A stretch of DNA of 64,000 nt from the NCBI GenBank assembly GCA_043814985.1, contig JBDRJK010000021.1, positions 1 through 64,000 of the forward strand. Reading direction: 5' to 3'. Both the position numbers and the translations under genes were made by a program. Source of the stretch: Candidatus Aenigmatarchaeota archaeon (GTDB lineage Archaea; Aenigmatarchaeota; Aenigmatarchaeia; Aenigmatarchaeales; Aenigmatarchaeaceae). Shown piece after piece: positions 37,358 through 48,275 of this stretch; position 1 is the stretch's first letter; each line of letters starts with the position of its first letter. A model generated the notes under the pieces. That model saw only the letters and a program-made list of their open reading frames with translations. It ran no database searches and had not been told where the DNA came from.

Positions 37358-38116
37358 ATGCGAATAGCCTATGAGGTAATCGGGGACAGGGTAAAGTCAG
37401 TAGCTCTGATAGGAGAGGATACTAAAAATCCTAAGAAAGCTGCTGAGGAAATAATGAAAAGACACAAGGCTGTCAAGTCAGTTCTACAGAAAACCGACAA
37501 GAGGCAGGGAAAGTTCAGGCTTCATCCTTACAAGCTGATAAAGGGAAGTAGAGACACAGAAGTCATTCACAAAGAGCATAATTACCTGATAAAAATTGAC
37601 CCGAAAAAGGTCTATTTCTCACCAAAGGAAGGAACAGAAAGGCAGAGGATAGTTGAACTGGTCAGGAACGGTGAACGCATACTTGTAATGTTCTCAGGAG
37701 CAGCGCCATACGCAATAGCAATAGCCAAGAAGTACCCTCATAACGAGATAATGGCCATTGAGATAAATGTCAAGGGAGTGGTTTATGCTCAAAAAAATGC
37801 CAGGTTAAACAAGCTAACCAACATAAAGAACATATGCTGGGACATCAGGGAGGCTAGGGGAATAGGCAAATTTGACAGAATAATAATGCCCCTGCCAGAA
37901 ACTGCTATTGATTACTTGGACGAGGCTGTTCTCCATTCCAAAAAAGGCACCATAATTCACTTGTATGGCTTTTCAAAGGGTTTTGATGAACTGGAAAGAA
38001 AGGTCAAGCTCAAAGCCTACATCTACAACTTCAAATACAAGATAGTTGGCAAGCAGAAAGTGTTGTCCTATTCTCCAGGAGTGTCAAAGAACAGGCTTGA
38101 CATCAAGCTTTTGTGA
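37358..38116 (+). CDS. Trm5-family tRNA (G37) methyltransferase
   Basis: AYEVIGD, VYFSP..TERQRI, MFSG, DRIIMPLP. Confidence 0.85.
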   Translation: MRIAYEVIGDRVKSVALIGEDTKNPKKAAEEIMKRHKAVKSVLQKTDKRQGKFRLHPYKLIKGSRDTEVIHKEHNYLIKIDPKKVYFSPKEGTERQRIVELVRNGERILVMFSGAAPYAIAIAKKYPHNEIMAIEINVKGVVYAQKNARLNKLTNIKNICWDIREARGIGKFDRIIMPLPETAIDYLDEAVLHSKKGTIIHLYGFSKGFDELERKVKLKAYIYNFKYKIVGKQKVLSYSPGVSKNRLDIKLL

Positions 38117-38915
38117 CTTTCAAATCAAAAACATAGTGGTATACCTTCGGGGCGTATGATTTTATTCTTGTTACCTTGATTACTTTGGCTTTTTTGCCTA
38201 ATTTTTCCTTTAGTCCCTTGATTTCGCTTTCCTTTGCTGTTCTGTGCAAGTGAATTATGCATTTTTTCTTGGCAATTCTCATGGCATGTGGCAGGAACTT
38301 CTCTGTATCAAACAAATGTCCCATGACTATCCTGTTTGCAGTGTTCTTCAGTAATTTCGAGAAATCCCTGCAGTCTCCTTGTAGTATCTCTATCTTGTTC
38401 TCCACTCCGTTCAGCCAGGTGTTCCTTCTCAGTAGCTCTGTTGACTTGGGATTGATGTCTATTGCGTATATCTTGTCAGGATTTGAGTACTTTGCCAGGA
38501 ATATGGAGAAATAGCCTATGCCAGCAAACATGTCAACTATGGTTTCATTTGGCTTGGCTAGCTTTACTAGCCTCATTCTTTCCCTCTTGTTGCCCTGGGA
38601 CCACATGACCTGTGAAACATCTATCAGGAACTGGCATTTGTGCTCCTTGTGCAGGGTTTGGGTTGACTTGCAGCCTGCTATAACCTCTATGGAAGGCTTC
38701 CTAGTCACTGATTTGATTCCCTTGAACAAACAAACAGTAAGAATGTATGGAAACATTTCAAGCAAGGACTTCCCAATAAGTTTTTTGTGCTTGACCAGTT
38801 TCTTGTCCAGCTTGATTAGCATTATCTTGCCTAGTATCTGGTAGCCTCTTGGTAGGAGGTTTAGCTCTTCTTCAGACAAGTCAAGCTTCTTTCTCATGCT
38901 AGTGTAGAATGTCAT
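38103..38915 (-). CDS. Taw2/Tyw2-like (Met-10+) tRNA wyosine-pathway transferase
   Basis: LPRGYQILG, MWSQGN..ER.R, DMFAGIGYF, ANRIVMG. Confidence 0.82.
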   Translation of the reverse strand: MTFYTSMRKKLDLSEEELNLLPRGYQILGKIMLIKLDKKLVKHKKLIGKSLLEMFPYILTVCLFKGIKSVTRKPSIEVIAGCKSTQTLHKEHKCQFLIDVSQVMWSQGNKRERMRLVKLAKPNETIVDMFAGIGYFSIFLAKYSNPDKIYAIDINPKSTELLRRNTWLNGVENKIEILQGDCRDFSKLLKNTANRIVMGHLFDTEKFLPHAMRIAKKKCIIHLHRTAKESEIKGLKEKLGKKAKVIKVTRIKSYAPKVYHYVFDLKVTKA

Positions 38916-38979
38916 AATATCTATTGTTTGTGCGAATAAAAAAAAGAAAAGGGGTGGGTGTTTAAAAATACAATATTCA

Positions 38980-39360
38980 CTAGAACTTTGTAGATGCTGA
39001 CAACCATATTGCTTTCAATGCAATCAAGACTGCTGCTGGTACAACTAAAATTCCAATGTTGTTCACGATTGCTACCAAGTAAGTTGACAACGGTAGTGGA
39101 AGGTTTGCGAATGCTGATCCTGCGTTACCAGCTGCCATTAAAGCAATAACAGCTAACAGAAACATGTCTACTTCCTTGAAATCAATACTACCTACTCCAG
39201 CTACACCTAACAATCCGATTACGAATCCTAGTACTGCTAGGACAACTGTTACCATTGATGCGTCGATTGTTGGCACTAAGCCAGCTACGACTGCCACTAA
39301 GATACCTAGTACAAAAAGCCACCCACTTGCTTTTACCCATCCTGATGCTTTTTTTGCCAT
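38980..39360 (-). CDS. small 4-TM membrane protein
   Basis: Hydrophobic 126 aa; SD AGGTGA upstream. Confidence 0.75.
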   Translation of the reverse strand: MAKKASGWVKASGWLFVLGILVAVVAGLVPTIDASMVTVVLAVLGFVIGLLGVAGVGSIDFKEVDMFLLAVIALMAAGNAGSAFANLPLPLSTYLVAIVNNIGILVVPAAVLIALKAIWLSASTKF

Positions 39361-39434
39361 AGTTTCACCTATATTTCAATTGGAAAAACCGACTTTTAAA
39401 AGTATCGTCGTCAGGCGTTGTATTAGGAACTTAT

Positions 39435-39980
39435 TTAAACGGGCTCAGAAAAGGTATTTGCCTCGAATTTGTATATCTTTGACATTGGGTCTAACCAAGA
39501 ATCAGCTGTTAATCCTGCTTTGTAGCATAAATTCTCCAGATATTGCTCCAGATTCCATTTTTGATCAATGGGAACCTTGGGAAGGAAGAGTCCCCCCATT
39601 ATTCCGTTCCTTATAATCAGACCATGCTTCCCCAATTCTATTTCTTTCTTGTAATTCTTCTGAAAATTTTCAATCAGCACTGGTTCGGTCAGGACAGAAA
39701 CCTCGATTTTTATGTTCTTTAGTTCGTTTTCTTCAAGAGGTTCGAATCTTGGGTCCCTGCAGGCAAGACAAGCAGCCTCAACCAAGCCCTCTATTAAAGG
39801 CTTTTGAGGATAAGGCAAGCCTATACATCCTCTCAGCATGCCTTTTTTGTAGAGGGTTACGAAAACTCCCCTCTTTTCTTTCAATTCTTCTGGAAAATCA
39901 GTTGGAACATCAATTCTCTTGCCTGTTTTCACATAGTTTTCAATAGATTCTCTTGATAGCTTCAGGATAAACTCTCTCAT
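39435..39980 (-). CDS. AMMECR1 (TIGR00296-like) protein
   Basis: GVFVTL, LRGCIG, DPRF, EVSVL and LCYKAG motifs. Confidence 0.93.
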   Translation of the reverse strand: MREFILKLSRESIENYVKTGKRIDVPTDFPEELKEKRGVFVTLYKKGMLRGCIGLPYPQKPLIEGLVEAACLACRDPRFEPLEENELKNIKIEVSVLTEPVLIENFQKNYKKEIELGKHGLIIRNGIMGGLFLPKVPIDQKWNLEQYLENLCYKAGLTADSWLDPMSKIYKFEANTFSEPV

Positions 39981-40001
39981 AGAAGTTAGTTCAGGTACGA
40001 A

Positions 40002-42638
40002 CTATTTATTTTTAGAGAATCTCATTAGGATTTCTGGCATTGCTAATAGACCTAGACTGGAGAACAATAACACCTTTACCCAGTCCATCAAGCTTAGCGC
40101 AGTCAGATGGAATATTCCTTGGAATAACGGTACATATATTATGACTATTTGCAGAATAAATGATATCAATACAGCAATTAGTAATTTTTTATTTGTCAGG
40201 GGATTTAACCTAAAAACACCCTTTTTTTCAGACCTGCAATTGAATACAAAAAACATCTCGAAAAATATTGCAGCACTAAAAGCCATTGTTTGTGCTTTCT
40301 CTAAACCGTTTGGTAATTCTAAAATAAAAATGCCAAAGGATGAAGCAAAATCCAATATTGATGCAAATATTATAAAAGCTAGTGTGCCTGTTATTATTCC
40401 TTTTTTAGGGTCTCTTGGAGGTTTTTTCATTACATCAGGATCTTTTGGGTCAACACTCAGTGCCAAAGCAGGAAGCCCGTCTGTAATCAAGTTAATCCAC
40501 AGTATGTGAATAGGTAAATAAGGTAAAATAATAGCCCCTGTTGCGTCAGTGAGTCCAATTAGCATGGGCACAGTTATCATTGCCAGCTCATCGAAATTGG
40601 CTGCCAGCAGGAACCTGACGAATTTTCTAATATTATCATAAATGCCCCTGCCTTCTTCAACAGCAGAGACTATTGTGGAAAAATTATCATCCATCAAGAC
40701 CATGTCAGCAGCTTCCTTTGACACGTCAGTTCCCTTTATCCCCATTGCAATACCAACATCTGCTTTTTTCAGGGCAGGTGCGTCATTGACACCATCACCT
40801 GTCATGGCAACCACATGGCCATTGGACTTTAGTATGTCAACAATTCTTATCTTATGACTTGGTGATACTCTTGCGAATATCACAGTGTCCTCCACAACTT
40901 CCTTTAGCTTTTTATCGTCCATCTTGTCCAGTTGTTCACCCCTTAGGATGTTTCCTTGCAGACCAACCTGGGAAGCAATTGCTTTTGCTGTTAATTCATG
41001 ATCGCCTGTTATCATTTTTATTTTGATTCCAGCCCTCTTGCAAAGAGCAATAGCGCTTTTGGTCTCCTTTCTTGGCGGATCTATCATTGCAACTAGGCCA
41101 ACAAAAGTCATGTTACTTTCAACTGAGTTTATGGAATATCTCTTTGATAACTCCTTATAAGAGAAGCCCAATACTCTGAGACCGTTTCCTGCCAACTCAT
41201 GAACAATCTTTAATATCTTTTCCTTGTCTGCCTTTACCAATTTTTTGTTGATGTAGATTTTGTCGCACATACCAAGTATGACTTCTGGAGCACCCTTGGT
41301 GTATGCGAAGATATCTCCTCCAATATTGTGGATTGTTGTCATTTTCTTTCTCTCAGAAGAGAATGGAATCTCATTGATTTTCTTATAATCTTCCTTTATT
41401 CCACTCTTTTCTGCCAGAACCTTCAAAGCTCCTTCAGTAGGGTCACCAATCACTTCCCACTGCTTTCCCCCCTTCAATATAGAATTATTACACATCGATC
41501 CTATCTTCAAAAGAATATCAAGACTTCCTATCCTTCTCGGGTCTATTTTCTTGTCGTTCAATAGAAAATCTCCCTTTGGATTAAAACCAACTCCAGTAAC
41601 ATCTATGATTTTTCCATTGACCCATATTTTTTTAACTGTCATTTCGTTTGTTGTCATAGTTCCAGTCTTATCCGCGCAGATAACTGTTGTTGATCCCAAA
41701 GCCTCGACTGCAGCCAGTCTTTTTATTACTGAATTCTTTTTCAGCATCCTCTGGGTTCCTAGAGCAAGGGTTAATGTTATGACAGCCGGGAGTCCTTCTG
41801 GGACAGCTGATATTGCCAGACTCAGTGCTGTCATGAACATGTAAAAGGGGTCTATGTTCCTGACCAATCCAATGGAGAAAATAATTGTGCTTGCTATCAG
41901 GACAACCAAGCCCAGCATTTTTCCAAGGCTTTGTAGTTTTATCTGCAGTGGTGTCGGCTCTTCCCTTTCCTGCACCATGCCTGCTATCTTTCCCATTTCA
42001 GTTGACATTCCAGTGGAAATCACAATTCCCATGCCTCTCCCATATGTGACCAGCGTTCCCATGAATCCCATGTTTTCCATTTCTGTGAGGGAGACATCTT
42101 TCAAAGGTTTTGTGTGCTTTGTTGCTGCTACTGATTCACCTGTTAGCATTGATTCATCAATTTTCAGGTTCAATGCTTCGAACAATCTTATATCTGCAGG
42201 AACCCTGTTTCCTGCCTCAAGAATGACAATGTCTCCTGGGACAATCTGTTCTATTGGCACTTCGACCTTTTCCATGTTTCTGACAACAAGGACCTTTGTC
42301 ACAATAAGTTTTTTCAGAGCCTCAATTGCCTTTTCAGCCTTGTACTCCTGATAAAAGCCTAGGATAGCGTTTAATACAAGAATAGCTCCTATTACAATTG
42401 CGTCTGTGATTAAACCTAGAACAAGTGATATTGCAGTTGCGAAGAGAAGCAAAATAACCAGAAAGCTCTTGAACTGCTCCAGTAAAATTATCAGGGATGT
42501 TCTCCTTTTCTTGCTCCTAATCTTGTTCATTCCATACTCTCTGAGTCTTAAATTGGCTTCAGAACTTTTCAGACCTTTCTCGTTGGTTTTCAATTCCTTG
42601 AAGACTTCCTCAGAACTCATTGTATGCCATTTGTTCAT
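40002..42638 (-). CDS. P-type (IIA, Ca2+-like) cation-transporting ATPase
   Basis: TGES, PEGL, DKTGT, KGAPE and GDGVND motifs. Confidence 0.95.
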   Translation of the reverse strand: MNKWHTMSSEEVFKELKTNEKGLKSSEANLRLREYGMNKIRSKKRRTSLIILLEQFKSFLVILLLFATAISLVLGLITDAIVIGAILVLNAILGFYQEYKAEKAIEALKKLIVTKVLVVRNMEKVEVPIEQIVPGDIVILEAGNRVPADIRLFEALNLKIDESMLTGESVAATKHTKPLKDVSLTEMENMGFMGTLVTYGRGMGIVISTGMSTEMGKIAGMVQEREEPTPLQIKLQSLGKMLGLVVLIASTIIFSIGLVRNIDPFYMFMTALSLAISAVPEGLPAVITLTLALGTQRMLKKNSVIKRLAAVEALGSTTVICADKTGTMTTNEMTVKKIWVNGKIIDVTGVGFNPKGDFLLNDKKIDPRRIGSLDILLKIGSMCNNSILKGGKQWEVIGDPTEGALKVLAEKSGIKEDYKKINEIPFSSERKKMTTIHNIGGDIFAYTKGAPEVILGMCDKIYINKKLVKADKEKILKIVHELAGNGLRVLGFSYKELSKRYSINSVESNMTFVGLVAMIDPPRKETKSAIALCKRAGIKIKMITGDHELTAKAIASQVGLQGNILRGEQLDKMDDKKLKEVVEDTVIFARVSPSHKIRIVDILKSNGHVVAMTGDGVNDAPALKKADVGIAMGIKGTDVSKEAADMVLMDDNFSTIVSAVEEGRGIYDNIRKFVRFLLAANFDELAMITVPMLIGLTDATGAIILPYLPIHILWINLITDGLPALALSVDPKDPDVMKKPPRDPKKGIITGTLAFIIFASILDFASSFGIFILELPNGLEKAQTMAFSAAIFFEMFFVFNCRSEKKGVFRLNPLTNKKLLIAVLISFILQIVIIYVPLFQGIFHLTALSLMDWVKVLLFSSLGLLAMPEILMRFSKNK

Positions 42639-42714
42639 AAATATTTGTTGATTTTCTTGATTTAAAGTTTAACCATCAGAAAATAATATAAGCCGGTTAA
42701 CAGAACATAAGAAT

Positions 42715-43650
42715 ATGCTGTTCATCAACTTTGTGTATTTTTTGATTGCGTGCTTTTTCCTGGCTATTGGAGGAAACTTGGTTGTTAGGAGCCTGTCAGA
42801 GGTAGCTAGGCATTACCAGATGAGGGAATTCGTTCTCGGTTTTGTCTTGGTCGCAATATCAACCTCAATACCAGAGCTCTTTGTCGGCATATTCTCTGCT
42901 TTGGATAATGTTCCTGCCATTTCCTTCGGTGATGTTATAGGAGCCAACATAGTCGACCTGACAATAGTGATTGGCTTTGCTGCCTTGTTGGGAAAGAGGG
43001 TATTTGTCGAGAGGGAAATAAACAAGGATGACATACTCTATACAACCCTGATAGCATTCCTGCCGATTTTGCTGTTTTTCGATCAGCAATTGTCAAGAAT
43101 AGACGGATTAATACTGTTGTCTGTTTTTGCTTTGTACATTGTTATGCTTGTTAAACGGAGGAAGCACTTTCATGCCCTAAAGGATGGCATATCAAAGGCG
43201 AGGGTATTGTTGGACATAATTGTTTTCATAATAAGCTTGGCTATTCTTTTGGTGTCTGCCAAGTTCGTTGTCGAGACTGCTGAGATAATAGCTATTGAAC
43301 TGGCTTTTCCGGAAATCCTTGTTGGTTTGATTATAGTAAGCATAGGGACGACCCTGCCAGAGCTTTCATTTGAAGTCAACTCTGTGAGAAAGGGTTTCTG
43401 TGGCATGGCTTTAGGAGACTTGCTGGGAAGTGTTGTCATAAACTCCTGCCTTGTGTTGGGCATTGCATCTCTGATATACCCAATTACTGCAGAGTTCCTG
43501 CCCTTTTTAATAGGCTCGATATTCTTAATGGCAATACTGGGGATTTTCGCTGTTTTCGCTAAAACAGGAAGGGTAATAACAAGAAAAGAGGGCCTCATAC
43601 TCATCTTATTCTATGTTATGTTTGTGGTAACTAGCATTCTGGCTAGATAG
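42715..43650 (+). CDS. Na+/Ca2+ exchanger (CaCA, YrbG-like)
   Basis: Alpha repeats STSIPE and GTTLPE. Confidence 0.92.
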   Translation: MLFINFVYFLIACFFLAIGGNLVVRSLSEVARHYQMREFVLGFVLVAISTSIPELFVGIFSALDNVPAISFGDVIGANIVDLTIVIGFAALLGKRVFVEREINKDDILYTTLIAFLPILLFFDQQLSRIDGLILLSVFALYIVMLVKRRKHFHALKDGISKARVLLDIIVFIISLAILLVSAKFVVETAEIIAIELAFPEILVGLIIVSIGTTLPELSFEVNSVRKGFCGMALGDLLGSVVINSCLVLGIASLIYPITAEFLPFLIGSIFLMAILGIFAVFAKTGRVITRKEGLILILFYVMFVVTSILAR

Positions 43651-43730
43651 CCTAGTAGTTATTATTCAAACATGTAAGAAACAAAGCTTAAAGCAAAATT
43701 ATTTTATAGGACATTAACTATTATTATCAA

Positions 43731-46445
43731 ATGATAAAGAAAAAATCCTTGAGCAATCTGCCCCACTCACAGACTGTTGAAGAGATACTGCAGACATTAT
43801 CTTCTAACATAAATGGGTTTTCTGAGAAAGAAGCAAAAACTCGCTTAGAAAAATTTGGTGTTAATGAAATACCTGAAAAAAAAGCTAGACACCCTGTTTT
43901 AATTTTTCTTAAACAATTCCATAGTATTCTGATTTATATTCTTATTATTGCCGCTGTTATTTCCTCCCTTTCTGGTGATCTAATTGATGTTTACATAATC
44001 ACTGGTGTTATTTTAATTAATGCCGTAATGGGGTTTGTGCAAGAGCGTAGAGCTGACCAATCAATCCAAGCATTGAAAAAGATGATCGTACCCCACGCAA
44101 AAGTTTATAGGGAAGGAGAATTATTACAAATAGCTGCAAGGGAATTGGTGCCTGGTGACATTGTCTTATTGGAAGAAGGTGACAAGGTTCCTGCTGATGC
44201 AAGACTTCTAGAAATAAAAATTTTTAGGACCGTAGAAGCGTCTTTGACAGGAGAATCGCTTCCTGTTGAAAAAGACATTAAAGTATTGTCTGAAAGAACT
44301 GCTTTGGCTGATTGTAAAAACATGGTTTGGATGGGCACTTTCGTTGCAAGGGGACAGGCTAAGGCAGTTGTCACTGCAACAGGCATCAATACAGCATTTG
44401 GTAAAATAGCCCAAGACATAGAAAAAATAAAAAGAGTAAAGGGGCATTTTAAAGAAAAGACTGACAAGCTGGCAAAACAAATGGGTATTATTGCAGCTGT
44501 TGGCGCGTCAGTAACATTCATTATCGGCTTCTTTATTAGAGGTTTTGAGTTTTTAGAAATATTCCGTTTTACCTTGGCTTCTCTTGTTTCCGGGATTCCA
44601 GAAGGATTGCCCGCGGTATTGGTAATTGTGCTTTCTATTGGTGCACATAGAATGGCAAAGAAAAATGCTATCATTAGAACATTGCCATCAACAGAAACAC
44701 TTGGTGTAGTAACAGTCATTATGACAGACAAGACGGGAACACTTACGGAAAATACTATGAATGTGGAAAAAATAATTTTGCCGAATGAAACTGAGATTAC
44801 AGTGTCTGGAAAGGGCTGGATACCTTCTGGAAGTTTTTTCCAAGAAGAAAAAATTATTCATCCTTCAGGAAACCCCTCTTTAGCAAAACTTCTCGAGATT
44901 GCTGCTATATCCAGCGATGCTGAGCTTTTAAGAGAAAAAGATCGCTATGAAATTATCGGAGACCCAACTGAAGCTGCCCTTACTGTCTTAGCAGAAAAAG
45001 CAGGGATAAAAAAAGAAAAAATATTAGAAAAAGTAAAAGAAATAGACGAACTGCCCTTTAGTCAAGAATTAAGATGTGAGGCATCTCTTTTAATTTTTCC
45101 AGAAAAATCTAAAAAGAAAGAAGTTTATGTTGTCGGTGCTCCTGAAGCTATTCTCAATCATTCCGCATACGTTCTTGAAAACAATAAATGTAAAAAAATG
45201 ACTAAAAAACAGCGTGAAGATATTTCAGCTCAAGTAGAGCAATTAACAAAAAAAACAATGAGAGTTCTTGCTTTAGCCTATAAAGAAGTGCCACAACATA
45301 TAGATGGCTTATCAGAAAATTTAGTTAGTAGACTTGTTTTCGTTGGTATTGTTGGTATGAAGGATCCCCCAAGGCCAGAAGTGAAAGAAGCTATTGTCAA
45401 AGCCAAGAAAGCTGGCATTAGAATTATTATGACAACAGGAGACCATAAAGGCACGGCTGTTGCAATTGCCAAAGAAGTTGGTCTTATTGACAAAAAATCA
45501 AAAAGCAGATATCCTGAAGCTTTCACAGGCCAAGAATTATCAGAATTGTCAGAAAAGGAATTTGGAGACACAGTAAAAAATGTTTCTGTATTTGCTCGTC
45601 TAACACCAAATATGAAGTTAAGGATTGCTGAAACATTACAAAAACAGGGTCATGTTGTAGCAATGACAGGAGATGGTGTGAACGATGCACCTGCCCTGAA
45701 AAAAGCAGATGTTGGTATTGCAATGGGGATAATTGGTACTGATGTGTCTAGAGAATCTAGTGAGATTGTGCTTGCTGATGATAATTTTGCTTCTATTGTT
45801 AGTGCAATAGAAGAAGGAAGAATTGTTTTTAAAAATACCCGTCAGGCAAGTTCTTTCCTTGTCACCACCAGTTTTGCGGAAGATATAGCTATTATAACTA
45901 CAATGCTTTTCGGTCTGCCTTTGCCTCTGTTGCCCGTTCAGATACTCTGGCTCAACTTGGTCACAGATGGCGTCTCTGATGTTGCATTGGCTGCTGAACC
46001 AGGTCATGGAGATGTCTTGGAGGAAGTGCCGCGAAAATCCAAAGAGGGTATCTTGTCAAAGGAGATAATACCGTTTCTACTTTTAATGACCTGTATTATG
46101 GTCGTTTTTACGCTAGCTATTTTCAATAGTTATCTGCCTCAGGGAGAAGAGAAGGCGCGAACAGTAGCTTTTGTCGTTATGGCGTTCACCCAACTCTTTA
46201 ACGTTCTTAACATGCGTTCTCTTAAGAAATCCATTTTCAAGATAGGCTTCTTTAGCAACAGGTACATTGTCGTATCTCTGCTAATCTCAATCACACTTTT
46301 GCTTATGGTGATATATACGCCGTTTTTCCAAACCATATTCCAGTTTGTTCCATTGAGCTTTGTGGAATTATTGACGATATTCCTTCTATCGTCCACGGTC
46401 TTCTGGTTCGGCGAGCTATACAAATTTATAAAGAAGAAAATTTGA
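43731..46445 (+). CDS. second P-type (IIA) cation-transporting ATPase
   Basis: TGES, PEGL, DKTGT and GDGVND motifs. Confidence 0.95.
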   Translation: MIKKKSLSNLPHSQTVEEILQTLSSNINGFSEKEAKTRLEKFGVNEIPEKKARHPVLIFLKQFHSILIYILIIAAVISSLSGDLIDVYIITGVILINAVMGFVQERRADQSIQALKKMIVPHAKVYREGELLQIAARELVPGDIVLLEEGDKVPADARLLEIKIFRTVEASLTGESLPVEKDIKVLSERTALADCKNMVWMGTFVARGQAKAVVTATGINTAFGKIAQDIEKIKRVKGHFKEKTDKLAKQMGIIAAVGASVTFIIGFFIRGFEFLEIFRFTLASLVSGIPEGLPAVLVIVLSIGAHRMAKKNAIIRTLPSTETLGVVTVIMTDKTGTLTENTMNVEKIILPNETEITVSGKGWIPSGSFFQEEKIIHPSGNPSLAKLLEIAAISSDAELLREKDRYEIIGDPTEAALTVLAEKAGIKKEKILEKVKEIDELPFSQELRCEASLLIFPEKSKKKEVYVVGAPEAILNHSAYVLENNKCKKMTKKQREDISAQVEQLTKKTMRVLALAYKEVPQHIDGLSENLVSRLVFVGIVGMKDPPRPEVKEAIVKAKKAGIRIIMTTGDHKGTAVAIAKEVGLIDKKSKSRYPEAFTGQELSELSEKEFGDTVKNVSVFARLTPNMKLRIAETLQKQGHVVAMTGDGVNDAPALKKADVGIAMGIIGTDVSRESSEIVLADDNFASIVSAIEEGRIVFKNTRQASSFLVTTSFAEDIAIITTMLFGLPLPLLPVQILWLNLVTDGVSDVALAAEPGHGDVLEEVPRKSKEGILSKEIIPFLLLMTCIMVVFTLAIFNSYLPQGEEKARTVAFVVMAFTQLFNVLNMRSLKKSIFKIGFFSNRYIVVSLLISITLLLMVIYTPFFQTIFQFVPLSFVELLTIFLLSSTVFWFGELYKFIKKKI

Positions 46446-46509
46446 TTTCGCTGTATGTTATTCTGGCAAGATAGTTAATAATAAGAACTGGTCGCAGTAA
46501 AATAAAGTT

Positions 46510-47394
46510 ATGATACAGACTTTTTTCGCAGCCCTGTTTTTGATATTGGGGCTCTCATTCACCATACATTCGTTTTTCTACGAGAAGAAGAACCTTATTT
46601 TCATAATTGGCTTGATGGTATTCTCAATCATATCACTTTTCTACTGGTACATCTCAATACTTGTTCTGATTCTATTTACTTTATACAAGAAGTACGACTT
46701 CGGCGAGTTTGCCACGCTCAACATGTTCACTGCAGTTCTCATGGCCTGGTTTTTTTTGAATTTGTTCTTGCTGAACCTTAACATCTCCTTTTACCTGATA
46801 GCAATGGTCTCCTTGGTTGCAATGTCTTTGTTGGCCATATTCGGCATATTCGAGCAGAAGCTGAAAAAGTACATCCTGATATCAAACATAATACAGATAC
46901 TTTTTGTTGTTCTGGATTTGTCTGTCACCAAGATGCTGGGGAAGATGGGTGTCCTGAGTACCATCCAGATTTTCAACTATACATTCGCAGGCCTGACCTT
47001 CTTCCTTACACTGTGGATTTTCGGAAGGAAAAAAGTTTTGATAAATGAGCTTGAAGGTTCATATTTCGCGAGCAGGGCGAACGACATATTTGCAACAATA
47101 GCTTGCTTATCATTAGCAGGACTGCCAGCTTTCAACATGTTCGTTTCAGAATGGTTTCTGTTTGTGGGAAGCTTTGCCTTAACACCGATAATAACAGTAA
47201 TGGGCATCTTCCTTGCTCTGTTGCTTTTCATAATGTACTACAAGATTGTTTATGTTCTGCTTGTTGGCGAGGGCAGGCAGAAGACTATCCCGCAACCAAT
47301 AACAATAGTTAACGGAATCTTAGCTGTTACTTGCGTTATTTTGGGGCTGTTGCCTTGGTTACAATTAGAGATACTAACGAGGGTGGTAATATGA
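46510..47394 (+). CDS. proton-translocating membrane subunit (truncated MrpD/NuoN-like) of the hydrogenase
   Basis: LKKYILISNI, LSLAGLPAFNMFVSEW; only 294 aa. Confidence 0.8.
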   Translation: MIQTFFAALFLILGLSFTIHSFFYEKKNLIFIIGLMVFSIISLFYWYISILVLILFTLYKKYDFGEFATLNMFTAVLMAWFFLNLFLLNLNISFYLIAMVSLVAMSLLAIFGIFEQKLKKYILISNIIQILFVVLDLSVTKMLGKMGVLSTIQIFNYTFAGLTFFLTLWIFGRKKVLINELEGSYFASRANDIFATIACLSLAGLPAFNMFVSEWFLFVGSFALTPIITVMGIFLALLLFIMYYKIVYVLLVGEGRQKTIPQPITIVNGILAVTCVILGLLPWLQLEILTRVVI

Positions 47395-47561
47395 AGAGGA
47401 AAAAAACAAAGCACATACATGACATCTACATGGGAGGAGAAAGGGACCCGGAGAAGCTGATCATTCCAGAGGACTTGGGAAAGTTCTTTGACAAGAAAAT
47501 GGTTTTCCTGGTGTTCTTCGTATTATTGATAATGCTTTTGATTGCAGGTGTTGGTCTATGA
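47391..47561 (+). CDS. small hydrogenase-associated membrane subunit
   Basis: ATGA overlaps on both sides; IYMGGE motif and one TM helix. Confidence 0.65.
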   Translation: MKRKKTKHIHDIYMGGERDPEKLIIPEDLGKFFDKKMVFLVFFVLLIMLLIAGVGL

Positions 47562-47986
47562 AAAAAATAATAAAGTCCCCCTGGATTACTAATTTCGATG
47601 CAGGCGGGTGCAACGGATGCATACTGGAGATATTCGCTTTATTGACACCCAGATATGATATTGAAAGGTTCGGTTGTCTGTTGAAAGCAAGCGCAAGGCA
47701 TGCAGACATCCTGATAGTTAGCGGGATTGTCAATAGGCAGAACAAGGAGAGGTTGAAAACTATTTACGATCAGATGGCAAAGGACAAGAAGGTTGTTGTA
47801 ATAGGTTCCTGTGCAATAACTGGTGGACCTTTCAAGGATTGTTACAATTTCGCGGGTCCTGTTGACAAAGTGATACCAGTGGACATGTACATTCCTGGTT
47901 GCCCGCCAAGACCAGAAGCTATAATAGAAGGACTAGTAAAACTGTTAGGTAGTTTGAATGATAAAAGTAAGAAACAGAATAAATAA
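47558..47986 (+). CDS. group 4 [NiFe]-hydrogenase small subunit (EchC/NuoB-like)
   Basis: GGCNGCILE, RHAD, GSCA and PGCPPRPE motifs. Confidence 0.93.
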   Translation: MKKIIKSPWITNFDAGGCNGCILEIFALLTPRYDIERFGCLLKASARHADILIVSGIVNRQNKERLKTIYDQMAKDKKVVVIGSCAITGGPFKDCYNFAGPVDKVIPVDMYIPGCPPRPEAIIEGLVKLLGSLNDKSKKQNK

Positions 47987-48275
47987 GTATTCGAGGCTGA
48001 TAGCAATTGTCTGCAGAGACGAGAATGACTTTTACTTAGATTACTATTTCGATTACAATGGCAGGATATCTGTTTTGAAGTTCAAGGTTCCCAAGAAAAA
48101 GCCAGTGATAGAAAGCATAGTGGCAGACTATCCAGGCGCAGACTATTTCGAGAGGGAGATACACGACTTCTTTGGTGTCGAGTTCAGCGGCAACCCGAAT
48201 CTTCACCTTAAATTGTTCCTGCCGGACAATTGGAACAAGAAGCCGCCCATGTTGAAGGATGATAAGAATGCATGA
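47958..48275 (+). CDS. NuoC/EchD-like subunit
   Basis: FEREIHDFFGVEFSGNP. Confidence 0.88.
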   Translation: MIKVRNRINKYSRLIAIVCRDENDFYLDYYFDYNGRISVLKFKVPKKKPVIESIVADYPGADYFEREIHDFFGVEFSGNPNLHLKLFLPDNWNKKPPMLKDDKNA

